64,000 bases of DNA, from NCBI RefSeq assembly GCF_018977255.1, contig NW_024704742.1, forward strand, positions 96,040,001-96,104,000, written 5' to 3'. Each line of letters opens with the position of its first letter. The stretch's first letter is position 1. Below the pieces are notes generated by a model. The model saw nothing but the letters and a program-made list of their open reading frames with translations, searched no databases and was not told the origin of the DNA. Positions 12,850 to 25,323 of the stretch are shown here, piece by piece. The position numbers and the translations under genes are program-made. This DNA is from Callorhinchus milii. Taxonomy: Eukaryota.

Positions 12850-13305
12850 GTATCAGCCTGGCTCAGTTGGTAGAACTCTTACCTCTGAGTCTGAAGGTTG
12901 CAGATTCAAGCCCCACATCAGGACTTTGAGCTCACAGTTTATGCTGAAACTCCAGTAGAGTGCGGGAGGGGATGGGGATGGTGGGGGTGAGAAAGAACTG
13001 TATTTCTGCAGGTGACATCCTTTGGATGAGATTAAACCAAAAACACCATCTATATCTTTTCCGGTGGACATTAAAAGATTCCATGGCTCCATTCAAAAAG
13101 AGAAGGGAGTTTTCCTTAATATCCTGGTCAACAGTCCCTTAAATAAAATTGGTCATTTACTTCATGGCTATTTGTGGGACATTGCTGTGTACAAATTCGC
13201 TTCTACAAATACACAAGTGCTCTACTTCACAATAAAATCCTATAGAGCTCTTTGAGACATCTTAATGACCCGATAAGGCGCTACACTAAATACAAGGATT
13301 ATTAT
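12850..13305 (+). mobile_element. Full-length Deu-core SINE (SacSINE1/AmnSINE1-like core, tRNA-like head)
   Basis: Head cctggctcagttggtag...gattcaagcccc; core ggatgagattaaacc...ggtggacattaaaagattccatggc; 3' part shared with family A. Family assignment rests on recalled Deu-domain similarity. Confidence 0.8.
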
Positions 13306-13550
13306 CAAATGGGTTTAATTCCAGGTTAGGTTCACCATGCGTAAGTAAATGCTTGTGCAGAAGACATAACAGATGTCCTGAATTATGCATTTAACACACA
13401 ATCTAAAGGATCCTGGGCCTGAACTTTTTCCCTTGGATTGCTCATTACCTAATTAAGGCCATCTGCAATTCCTCCATTACATATCATTTTGCACATGGTT
13501 TATACCTCCCGCAAATTAGACCAAAAAAGACAGTAGGCTCTAGCAGCACC

Positions 13551-13890
13551 TATAGAGTCCACAAATACCTGTTACCTTTTGTTTTTCTACAGTGCACTGG
13601 CCAACAACTGAAACTTGTTGAAAAATGATGATTATTTTATTTAGAAGTACTTAATTGTATTCAGTACAAGTGTTTAATAGAATTTAGACACCCAGGCATG
13701 CAGAGGATCAGTGTGAGGCCATCATTTTCATGGCAGATAATGATCCATCAGCATCTTCGGTGCAACCTCTTCCATAACATGATGGAGTGATGAGGTGAAA
13801 TGCATCTCTGAAAGCTTGTTTCAACTCCTCTGTGGTCTCATATTGCTGTTTTGTAACAGGGGAATAACAGGACTTTGTGGACACCCTCTA
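13551..13890. mobile_element. Non-autonomous Tc1/mariner-superfamily DNA transposon remnant
   Basis: Right end caggactttgtggacaccctc-TA is the reverse complement of the left end of the sister copy at 39065 (TA-caaggtgtccacaaagtcctg); the interior is shared with 39065-39270. Confidence 0.7.
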
Positions 13891-14599
13891 CACAGGACAG
13901 GTTACTCTCCCTTTTCCTAATTCCAATACCCAGAAATTAAAATTCAATCGATGGAAACATGTGAAGTGAGGAGCATTCTCCCAACCCCAATCCCTCCCCT
14001 TGCAGTGAAATCAAAGTGGAGCCTTGTCAGGGTCGATGTGATGTGGCACTATGACATTAACAGTACGCCACAGCCATGTTCATGTCATGTTCGTGTCCAT
14101 TCCCAGAACGTCGCCAGCATTGGCAAGCACAATATTGTCATCACTGAACAGACTGCGTTGGATATGATACTGACTGTACGAGATTTTTGTCTGCTCAAAG
14201 TCCAACACTGCTGACCCAGCTTCTTGGAATTAACCATTGATAGTGGCACGGTGGGGAGTCAGTTAGGACAGTATCCCATGGATAAACTGGAAAAGACCAT
14301 TTCAGGGCTCGGTAATGATCCTCGCTAAAGCAGATTTCCTAGAAGTTCTTTTCAGTTGGGGTTGGGTGTTGTCAATATTCAGAAGTGTGTGTGTGTGAAT
14401 GCGGGGCAGGGAGTCATTTCAAAACACATTTTGTCCTTAAATAAGGACAAATAATGAGTTTGAGAATACTGACATTTTGAGCCTATTGAATAAGTGTGTT
14501 TGTACAGAGGAAACCTCGATATCCACCCAGTTGGATTAAATGCTCTCGGGTCAGGACAATTTCCCTTTTATGCACGGATATAAACTCTGCTGAGTTCTG

Positions 14600-17500
14600 A
14601 ATTGGGTTGATTATTGAAAGATGACCATGACCGTTTTTTTTGCACCAAATTAAAAGCATAACCAGTTGACAGATTCTGCAGTTCAGTTAGAGTCACTTAT
14701 AAATCAATAAATGGCTCTATATGTTTCTATTCTTTTGAGCAAGCCAGGAAGGACTCAGTGCTAAGCTGCTGCTGACTGCCTTCCCGTGAATCATCACATT
14801 AATCTGCTTTAATGTTGTCCGAACAACAGTCACAGCCAATTATTTGATAGATGGAGCTTTATGACATCTCTTCTTTAATAACATGAAATGGCCCGGTTTT
14901 GCCACTGGTCACTTAGCAAAACTGAGCTGCCGACTGGGATATCAAAGAGCAGCCCATGATATAATTATGAAGTTATTACTAACCACTCTACGCTGGTCCT
15001 GAGCCAGCTCACTGTGATGTTTCACAGGAAAAATGTGCGAAACTTAAAATAAAACATGTGAAGGAAGCAGATTCTGTGTGTGATTTGAAAGCTGCAAAAG
15101 AAATGCAGTACTTATAATCACAAATTAATGTGCACCTGCAAATGTGTTACTTCTGTGATAATCACACATGGTCTGGGAGCCGCCATTTGCTGCTTATGAA
15201 ATGTATGTGATCTGGCACAGTATGAAATGGAGTCGTTTAATGCACGGCTTTTAATACTACAGAATTCCATCAGCTCCAATTTAAATGCTGTCTGTTAATT
15301 GCTGAAGGAGTGCATTTGCCTTTCATCCTCATTGATGCCCTGCATAGGATGAAAGCCCACAAGAAATTGTGTTCGAAAATGACCAGAACAGCCACACCAA
15401 AGTCATTTTAATGTTACTTGGCCTGGTAACTAAGAGGATTTTATTGAACGTTATATAATCTTCAAGCTACGGGGTCAAATTTCCAGTCTGTGTGATATTT
15501 ATTACATTAAATGGGCAAAAGGTGCCCCAGTACTATTCTCAGTGTTGAAGTCCACAGCTCTTACAAAGAACCATCTTCCAAATTAAGTCCACAAATATGA
15601 ATTGAGTCAAATAGGTGATGTCTCGTAAGCTAATTAGCATTTTCTGACCACCTTTTCAGTCCGAGTATAAACAGATGATTTTTCTGTTCACTTTATCAAT
15701 ATACAAAAAAGAAATGAAAGATACATGAAAGATACAAACTTGAAGAGGCATGGGGATTGGGCAGGGCAGTAGGATTGAATGAACATGTTGTTTTAGAGCC
15801 GGTGAAGACTTGATGGGCCAAATGGCCTTCTTCTGCACTGTATAATCTATGAAATAAATAAGTTTATTCTGTGCTGAGACAGATGAACTGCTCTAATGTT
15901 TTCAAAGTAATTCATTTCTCTCCCCCCACCGCACCCAACACCCTCAGCTTCATCTCCGCATGTCTGTGAAGTGTTATTTGGCAGCTAATCCGTAAGAGGA
16001 GTTCACATGTGTTATTAGGAGGCTTCACAAATCCTCCCATAATCAATGTGTCAAATGGCAGCAGTTACTTTTTTTTGCCCACTTCCAAATCATTACTTCT
16101 CTCTCCCGAGTCCTGTCAGATCACTGAGAGGATTGTCTGGTGACACAAGCATCACTCATGCTCTTTATGACAGTTGCCTAGGGGACAGCCACCCACCTGC
16201 TACACTCTTTAAAGGGAGGAGCAATTTAATGCATGGCCGATTTATTTTCTGTGAATAAAACTACAAAGGCTGGATATTGTTGAGGTCATTAAGTCCATGT
16301 CGATGGTGTGTCCTCTCAATTCTGTTTCTCTTATGCTGAGAACCTTGCCTAGTTTGCCACTTTGTAGCCCAAGGCCACTGAGGATAAATTGTAGCACTCA
16401 AATTGTAGTGTTGCTCCAAGTGAAATCAGCTCACTAGGCACACTGTGAAAAGTTGACATTTCGATAAAAGTTATCACCTGGAAACAATCCTGTCATCACC
16501 CGACATACATTAATCTTTTCCAACATGGATCACTGGATAGCGATTAGGAATGGAAACATAATAACCACTTCCCCATATCAGGACATACCAGGCCAATTGT
16601 AAGTGCCCCGATATTGCTCTCTGATTGAATGCAATTAATTCAGTATAGATCAGAGACCAAACGCAGGATTTTCCCGTTTTATATGACTCAGAACCACAAT
16701 AGATTTCTGAGCCATTGGATCTCTCCCCACCGCATCGCCTCCACTCTGGATATATAATAGGGGGCACCTCCCATCCAGCACTGAGGAGCTGAACAAGGTC
16801 AGCGAGACGCGGAAGAGAAGCAAGCTGAAATGTTAATTGAGTGTGATTCAAACCCCAGCCAGCACAGAGATACCCTGTGTTTCCCACACCATGCTGTTCC
16901 TCTTTACAATGGTTAAAAAATAGATCAATTATATATCTGTCTCATCACGTTCCAGTGAATTGCAATCTCCTCCCATCCTGTCTTGCAACTAGACAGAGAA
17001 ATGCTAATGATTCCAGCACAGAACTCTTCACTCAGAACTCCCTGTGTGGGAACCCGATGATCTGCCACTTAATCTACAGGGTTGCCTCACATTGGCTTTC
17101 TTTTAACTCCAATAGGTCTTTGAGTATTAATTTTAAGACTCATTATCTTAATTTTCTGATTTAATTAGTCCCATTACCAAGCAACACACATGATTTTGCA
17201 CCTGCTGGTAATGGAAAGTAAATTCCATGCGCTGATCTCCAGGACCCACACTGAGGTAAACAGAAAAGCAAACAGTGGAGATCAGAGACTCAAACAAAAC
17301 AAGAGAAAACAGCAAAAAGACATGTTCAAAAGGCAGAATCAAAGCCTTCCAACATCTCCAAAATCTATTAAAATTCTAATCGGAGCTCCTCCTGTGAGCT
17401 AATCCAGCCAGTTCACGCCTGAGAGGCTTTTCTATATCCACATTAGGCCTCCTCACCAATCAGCTTTATTATTACTGAGCATTCAGTGTGTTTGTCAGGA

Positions 17501-18100
17501 ACTGTCCTGTTCCACCATCTGCTTTTTGTGAAACATCGGTGCAAATCTTCCTCATCTGTTTGTTTACACACCAGCTGCCCCCCAAATCCCAACTGCCTCA
17601 CTTAATCAGGCAGCCAGCGACTAGGAACGGGGCTACAAATTGCTAAATAAAAACACAATTGTTTAATCGCTTTCCCAGGGCGAAAACTAAAGCTTTGTGT
17701 CTTCTGTCTGTTCCATTGCTCACAATATGAGACATTGGCAATTGCAATAGCTGCCAGAAGCCTCTTCAAATGTCTTGGAGCCGTTGAATGCAAGACATGT
17801 TTGATTCAAGATTTACGCTCATTTGCATAATGTTCTTCTTTTCAGTAAAGCAACATACGTGTACAATTTAACTAATCAAGCCTTCCTCGGGGAATTATGT
17901 ATTTATTAAGGGATTCTACACTCCAGCAGATTATCCGGGGATTCATAATGAGAGCCTGCCAGAGATCATCAAATGTTGGTCTTCTTGGCAATAATTTATA
18001 CAAAGAGAAACAATCAATTTATCTTCTCAAAATATAGCTTGGCCGGGTTCTGAAAGCAAAACAACTCCCAACAACTCCCCCAAGTTGTCTGACGTTTAAC
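14600..18100. promoter_or_regulatory. TE-poor block with candidate enhancer / conserved non-coding elements
   Basis: Almost free of the repeats that saturate the flanks. Motifs: ATCAAAG (14941), GCCGCCATTT (15179), ATTTGCAT (17821), many TAAT and E-box sites. Motif presence alone is weak evidence. Confidence 0.4.
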
Positions 18101-18761
18101 CCATGGGATGCCAAAATTCTTGTGAATTGGGCTGTTTGTTCTAAATAAAATTAGATTGTAAAATGGGGAAGAGACAATCAGTTATGAACCGAGATGTTTT
18201 TGCTCTCTGTCAATTTCACTCCTTTAGGCTTATCGCTCCCCATCTCTTCTTCTGAAGCTGTTTGACTCCTTTTATCATTTTGTTAAGGTATGATTGAGTC
18301 CACTGACACTCTCCAACACCTTGCCCAAGCGACAGTTATTCACCTGTCAGCCTTCAGGGTGAGAGTGGGCAGGCTAATGGACTGTGGTGAATATCCCAGC
18401 TGTGATTCTGTCCTCACCTTATAATAATAATAATAATCCTTACATTTGATATAGTGCCTTATCATGTCGTTGAGATGTCTCAAAGCTCATACTCACACCC
18501 ACCCAGCAGGCAAAAAAATCTTAAATTTGGGAATCAATTTTTTCTAACAATTGTGGAAAACGGCTTCCAAATTAAGAACGAACGCCACAATTCTACGCAA
18601 TCTTACATTTTAATATAAAATGTTTTGATAGCTAAGACTTGGTGAAATGCAAGGCGTCAAGCTGGAAACTCTGACTGATTTTTCCTTGTTTAGCCCAAGG
18701 GCCAATTGTAGCAAACCCCACCCGTGCCCCCAGCCCCCCCCCCCCCGCGCCCCCACTTCCT

Positions 18762-19076
18762 ATAATAATAATCCTTGCATTTGATATAGCGCTTTTCACG
18801 TCAGGAGGACGTCCCAAAGCGCTTCACAGAATATACTGTAAAGTGAATTGACTGTATATTTGTGGGTGAACGCGGCAGCCAATTGCGCACAGCAATGTCC
18901 CACAAACAGTCGTGGATTGAAAATGCCCAACTTATTATTGGTTTTGGTTTTGGAGGGATTATTATTAAGCGTGTGGAGTAAGGAAACTTGCCCAAGGTTT
19001 CGCCCTGCCTGGAATTGAACTCAGGTCTTTCGCTTGCAAAGCGAGTGCTCTAACCACTGAGCTACAAAATTCCACA
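18762..19076 (-). mobile_element. Full-length family A SINE
   Basis: Reverse complement of the 4907 copy; TSD ACTTCCT at 18755-18761 and 19077-19083. Confidence 0.93.
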
Positions 19077-19233
19077 ACTTCCTCCAACTGTTGCACAGCT
19101 CAGAACAACAAATCTGTGACTCTGGTCTGTATGAGCAACAACAACAACAACAACAACAAGATTCCATTTATAAAGCGCCTTTCACGTCAGGAGGACGTCC
19201 CAAGGCGCTGCACAGTTGGGTCATGACCCGAGC

Positions 19234-19375
19234 AGGGGGGAAATGGTTAGGGTGAGGGGAGGGAAGGGAGGGAGCGAGGAGGGGGGAAATGGTCAGGGTG
19301 AGGGGAGGAAGGGAGGGAGCGAGGAGGGGGGAAATGGTCAGGGTGAGGGGAGGGAAGGGAGGGAGCGAGGAGGGG
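19234..19375. repeat. Three tandem 45-46 bp G-rich units in the L2 3' UTR
   Basis: Unit aggggggaaatggt(t/c)agggtgaggggag(g)gaagggagggagcgagg starts at 19234, 19280 and 19325. Confidence 0.92.
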
Positions 19376-19406
19376 AAGAGAGTCGAGAGGGGAGCTGAAG
19401 GCACGG

Positions 19407-21262
19407 TCAAAGAGAAAGGTTTTGAGACCGGCCTTGAAGGAGGAAAGGGAGGAAGCGGCGAAGGCACTGGGGGATGGAGTTCCAGAGCCTGGGGGCTGAG
19501 AGGCTGAAGGCCCGACCACCGATGGTAGGGCGGTTGGGGCGGGGGACGTGGAGCAGACCGGAGCCAGAGGAACGGAGGGTACGGGCAGGTAGGTAGGGGG
19601 ATAGTAGGTTGGAGAGGTAGGAGGGAGCAAGGCCGTGAATGGCCTTGTAGGTGAGGATGAGGATCTTGAAATCAATCCTCTGGGGGATGGGGAGCCAGTG
19701 GAGGCGAGCGAGGGTGGGAGTGATGTGGTCCCGAAGCCTGGTGCGGGACAGTACACGAGCTGCAGAGTTCTGAATGACCTGCAGCTTGTGGAGGGAGGTG
19801 ACGGGAAGGCCGGCGAGGAGAGAGTTCCCATAGTCCAGCCTTGAGGTGACAAAGGCGTGGACCAGGGTTTCAGCAGCGTGAGGGGTGAGGTAGTGCCGTA
19901 GTCTGGCGATGTTCCGGAGGTGATGGAAGGCGGTGCCAGTTGTGGTGCGGATGTGAGGGAGAAAGGACAGCTCAGGGTCGAACAAAACGCCGAGGTTCCT
20001 GACTGGCTTTGAGAGGTGGAGAGTGCAGCCTTGGATGCTGATGGTGTCAGCGCCTGAGGTGCGGAGGCGCTGACGTGAGCCAATCAGGAGGGCCTCGGTT
20101 TTTCGCACGTTGAGCTGAAGAAAGTTGTCTCTCGTCCAGGACTCGATGTCGGACAGGCAGGCTGTCAGGACATCGGTGGTCGTGGAGTTGAGAGTAGAGG
20201 AGGAAAGGTAGAGTTGGGTGTCATCCGCATACATGTGGAAGTTAACTCCATGTCTGCGGATGATGTCACCAAGGGGGAGCATATAGAGGGTGAAGAGGAG
20301 GGGACCGAGGACAGAGCCCTGAGGGACACCACATGAGACAGTACGGGGGGTGGAGGAGAAGCCATTCGTTGAGACAAAGTGAAGACGGTGAGAAAGGTAC
20401 GACCTAAACCATTCAAGGACAGTGCCTTGAAGGTTGAGGTGGGAGGACAAGCGGTGGAGTAGGATAGCGTGGTCGACCGTATCGAATGCTGCCGATAGGT
20501 CGAGGAGGACGAGGAGACAGAGGGAGCCCTGGTCACAGATGGTCAGGATATCATTGGTGACCTTGACCAGGGCAGTTTCTGTGCTATGGGCAGCACGGAA
20601 ACCTGACTGAAGGGGTTCGAAAAGAGAATGGGTGGAAAGGAAAGAGCGCAGTTGGGAGGCGACAACTCTTTCCAAGACCTTGGAGAGAAAGGGGAGGTTG
20701 GAGATGGGCCGGTAGCTTGATAGCTGCGACGCATCAAGGGAGGGTTTTTTCAGGGTGGGCGTGATGATGGCAGTTTTTAATGGAATGGGGACAGAGCCAG
20801 AGGAGAGGGACAGGTTGATGATGTCAGTGATATGTGGGGCAAGAAAGTGGAGCTGGGAGATAAGGAGTGGAGTGGGGATGGGGTCAAGGGAGCAGGTGGT
20901 TGGTTTTAGGGATAGGATGAGTTCAGTGACAGAGGGTGGGGAAACGGGTACGAAGGTGTGTAGGGGAGGATGGGTAGGAGTCGGAGTGTGGGAGGGAAGG
21001 GGTGGGTGGTGGGTGGAAGTTGGAGGGGAAGTGACCGCGGAGCGGATTCCCTTGATCTTGGATTCAAGGAAATCCAGCATCTCCTCGCAGTGAAGGTTGG
21101 AGGAGATGACCTGCGCGGGGTGGCGGGGGGGACGGAGGAGTCGGGTTGTGGTGGAAAACAGTAGCCTGGGGTTGTTCTTCGCCTCCAGGATTATCCTGGA
21201 GTAGAAGGACGACTTGGCCGAGGCTAGAGTGGAGCGGTAAATTTTGAGGAGGTCCAGCCAGA
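19407..21262 (-). pseudogene. Truncated L2 ORF2 (reverse transcriptase plus C-terminal region); the 626-aa ORF start lies in flanking DNA
   Basis: ORF track 19407..21287. The first residues come from the flank. A 2-bp deletion near 19460 relative to the 52669-53382 copy shifts off the normal C-terminus ([15 protein letters not shown], seen in the overlapping 19247..20083 frame). Confidence 0.9.
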
Positions 21263-24104
21263 GCAGCAGCTGAATTGAATGGCACATTTATCCATTGCAG
21301 TCACATTTCTGTGGTTCTACCGGGTAAAGAGCAGGGAATTGGGATTAAGATGGATGGCATCTTGAAGGAGCAAACACCAACATGAGAATAATGGACCGAA
21401 CGGACTCTTGCTATGTTGTTACATTTGAATGGTTCTATGGACTTTTTTTTCCAACACTTCAAAAAATGCCACAAACCCAAAACCAAACAGTAAACAAAGC
21501 ACAACCACTCTTTGGTTCTTATTTATAATAACTAAAGATAAATAAAAAATAACAATAATTAGATTATTATTATGTATTGTTATATATTATATATCAGGTT
21601 CAGGCAAAGCACAAGGCTTCACTGGTTGAATGCCACGGGTGAGAGGAGGGCATTTGACCTGCTTCACCCACATCACTGAACGTGTGGATCAGGCTAGGCT
21701 TAGGCTGGATCCCGACAATTGGTGAAAGGCCCAGACGCCCCCAGCAGCTGTCACTTTAGTTTCCAGTGATCTGTTACACTGCCCTACAGCAACCCAGGGT
21801 CTGTGGGCATACCAGGCACAACATGGCAACATCAATTACACTCTTCATTTCAAAATCGCTGGAGTCGCAGCCCTGTCAAAGCGATATTTATAACTTTCAT
21901 TCAACCCTATTCCCTCAGAACTGATAACCTTGGTGAAGATATCAAAGAACGTCTGCAGTGAGAGAACAAAAACTTCAAGAAGTATTTTAATTTCTATTTT
22001 TTTTTGTCGCTCAAGGAGTCAGGATGTTTAAGAAACACCACAAACTGACCAGTTGGACATCTGAGAACTGCCAGTAAGATCTGAGATGCTGAAACAAGGA
22101 AGCATTTTAGGACATTCGCAGATGTCCAACGGGTATTCCCAAATTCCCGATATTTGCTTTACTCCAACTGTGCAGTTAATCTAGAAATAATAATAATAAT
22201 CAATGCATTTGCTATAGCGCCTTATCGTGGCTTCGAGATGTCTCAAAGAACTTCACAGAATATACTGTAAAGTGAATTGACTATATTTTGTGGGCGAAAC
22301 GCAGCAGCCAATTGCGCACAGCAATGTATCACAAACAGTTGTGGGTTAAGTGACAATTTATTATTATTAATAAATATAATATTAACTTGTTATATTGTGT
22401 ATCGGTTGGCATGTGTCAGAGTAACAACTCACACAGAATTGGATTTGAGATTCCCATCCTTCCCTTACCACCCCACAGAGCTCACAAATCTCGGTCACAC
22501 TGAAGAAAACATCAGAAGTGTCTCTCCCAAGCAGCTGTTTGAGTACCTCCTGGCAGCTGGCAATGAGCAATTTGTGAGATCCTGATTGACTTTACTCATA
22601 GCACAATTTGTCTAAATGCACAAACTTTGAAAATGGAAATAGAAAAAGAAAAATAGTAGTCAGACTGCAGTCAGACTAGAGTTCACTAACACAGAATGAT
22701 AATGATGGAGTGAGAGAGATTTTTGTTTGGTCAGTCAGGTTTCTGACAAATGTGGGAACTGATTCATCGCACATAAGAGTATCCAAACCAGACTGAATGT
22801 TCCACATATGTATGCCACCTACACATGGAAATGTTCATGCCTGGTCTGGAATGTGCACTCTCCCGGGAAGGATGGACTTTACTTATCTAATTCTGGACAG
22901 TATAAGGCACAGGTTGGCGAGAGTCAAGACACTGCTGGAGTTTAAGCAGTAAGCACCGTCTGGCAAGCTTCTCACTGTTTGAGGGTTGGCTGGTTGTTTA
23001 AATATTTCACTGGCCTAAGTTGAAATTTTTAATCAATCAATTTTCATTGTTGTGGCCTTTAAGGTATTGCTTTACAACAGGATGAAGACTAAACTAAATC
23101 AATTTCTTAACAGGCCGCTGTTGTTTCAAAACATCAGCATCACTAACCAGGAATCCAGGAAGGCAGTTTGCAACATTTTTCAGGTTGGTTTATGCTCAGC
23201 CATTATTCAGCAATCAAGTTGAGGTGTTTGTATGTGTGGAGGATTTACAAACACATTTTAAAGTCATTCCTTAAGAGAACGAATAAGTTAGCAATATCGC
23301 AATTTTGCACCCCCCCCACGTTATGGTCTTAGCCTCAATAGCATAGTCAGCCAGGAGATGGCGTGTGGGGTTTGAGCACCTGCAGATCTGCTCCCATTGA
23401 AGGGAGCTAAACCCCACTGAGGGCTCCAGGAATTGACGTCACAGTACCAGGTCACAGAAAAAAATGAGACTTGAAATGGAGGGGCTCTCTGAGGTTGTAA
23501 CTAAGAACAGGCAGTATATGTATTTGTTCCTATGGCTCCATGAGGCAGATCTGAATAGAAAATACAGGACTCCAAACATGGCCCACAATTTTCTTCCCCC
23601 TTAATTACATGCGGTAAATTAGCGACTAATAAACACCACTACCATTTGTGGTGTTTCATAACATGTTAATGTGATAATTATCCCAAGGAACCTGTTTCTA
23701 AAATGCCACATATTTTACCTCTGTATTTATAAAACATACTGATGGCTGTAAAATTGCAATGACTTTACGGTGAAAGCCAAATGGTTTGGAAACATTTAAT
23801 GCTGAACAAAACAAGCAAACTAGTGTTCAGAGAATTGCTGAAGTGAGACTGGATTTCAGACTATGGTTCAATTATTCTTTTTCTTTGCTCATAATCAAGT
23901 GTGTTACTTTATATTTTCTTTAAAAAAAGCTTCACAGAAACCTTGTGAGTTAATAAACCTGATTATTGTTGTGTAAACAGAGACTGGAGAGCACATGATT
24001 TTTGAAGACGGACCTTTCAACTTCTGGGCCTCAGTGTTGAGTCTAGCACAGATTTCTTGCATTAACTAGCACAAATATGCCTATTGGGATACAAATTTGA
24101 TTCT

Positions 24105-24320
24105 GTGAGTAAATTCACGGAGTGATATGAGACTGGGTCATGCAGAGCAAGGAAGTACCAGACTTGATCACTGGTCCTTGCTGAGTTATCTAATCTTCTC
24201 CAGGGCAACCGGAGCACTACAATTGTCCTCTGTGTCTCCTGAGCCAAAGAAGACGAAAGAGAAACTTGTATTCCAGGCACGGAGTGTTATCCAGTGCCTC
24301 CTGCTGGAATGCACACATTC
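24105..24320 (+). mobile_element. Old dispersed SINE-like family B (5' part)
   Basis: tgctgagttatctaatc...ctacaattgtcctc...atccagtgcctcctgctggaa; degenerate antisense copies at about 1168-1295, 7910-8280, 11855-11950, 18235-18730 (plus 19084-19137 and 21263-21305) and 26710-26885. Confidence 0.55.
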
Positions 24321-25323
24321 TATTGCAAAGCACCTCATGGTTAATAGCCTTGTTGTGATTTGCTGCCAAGAATTTCACATGAAGAATAGATTACACCAGG
24401 AAATTTAATATATACTTTTTGTACAGAACATTTACTGTGTTTTTTTATAGAATTTCCTGTAGTCCTGTGTTCCATCCTAGAAACATTACTCTGTCCTGTA
24501 AGATACACACATATGGAACTCATAGGAAGCAATTTTATTCATTTTTGCAAGCTGTCAATATCAGCGACAAGAGGATATTGTTTAAACTAAAGTGATATTG
24601 CATTGAATGGCTCAAGTTAGTCTTACATTGTACAGTGGAATTGCATGATAATGCAGTGGTGGAAATCCATAAAAGCGTAATGGGTGGTTTCACTGCGTCT
24701 GCTTGCTATCTGCGTGCCAGCCAGATTTTCACCTCTATGAACCTGCTGTTCAAACCAAAACTTTAAGTTGTCAAGAATCCTGATAATTATCACTTGTGAT
24801 ATTACAATAACAAGACAATGCAATTTACAGTTATATAGCACTTTTCATGTCGGGATGACGTGCGGGGGGGGCACCAGAGCTGAGGGTGGGAGTTGAGGGA
24901 GTTGAGGGAAGGTGGCGAGCGGAACGATGCCTGAAAGCGTGGTCAAAGAGATTATCTCACAGTTGAAATTTCTGCTTTCAGCTTCAAAGATGTCATTGGC
25001 TGCCTCAATGGCTGCAGTATTAGGGTTAGGATTAGGGTAAAATGATTTGAACAGAGTGTGGAGGGTATTTATCAATGGCAGCCATTGAGTGTAACAGTCA
25101 CTGAATGCCCAAACTCCAGGAACAGAATGTCCCATGATATAAGTATTATTATTATTATTTGGAACATGACATAACATAAGTCCTCAGTCTAATTTAGTAC
25201 TTTACATAGATGCAGACATGAAGGTGACAGTAGAATTGTCTTCAGGGTTCAACAGATCTTCCTTAACTTACGAATTACGTGTTTTCTGACAGCATCATAA
25301 CAGATCTTCCATAATTTATACTC

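Larger units (their letters stand above)
19138..21262 (-). mobile_element. L2-clade LINE, young 5'-truncated copy (no endonuclease domain), (TTG)n tail
   Basis: RT motifs in one frame ([53 protein letters not shown]). 3' stem-loop AGCGCCTT...AAGGCGCT, then (TTG)n. GAGCA duplicated at 19133-19137 and 21261-21265. Confidence 0.95.

Noticed and set aside
19234..19375. CRISPR-like or retron/DGR-like reading of repeats and hairpins next to an RT
   Set aside because: Repeats are contiguous with no spacers, the RT is a non-LTR L2 enzyme, and the context is a vertebrate genome.
19168..21285. Pro/Ser-rich and Gly-rich ORFs overlapping L2 copies (for example 19247-20083, 45062-45589, 11471-11956)
   Set aside because: Alternative or antisense frames of C-rich L2 sequence.
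25020..25037. TTAGGG-TTAGGA-TTAGGG telomere-like repeat
   Set aside because: Only three units, one imperfect; too short to call an interstitial telomere.
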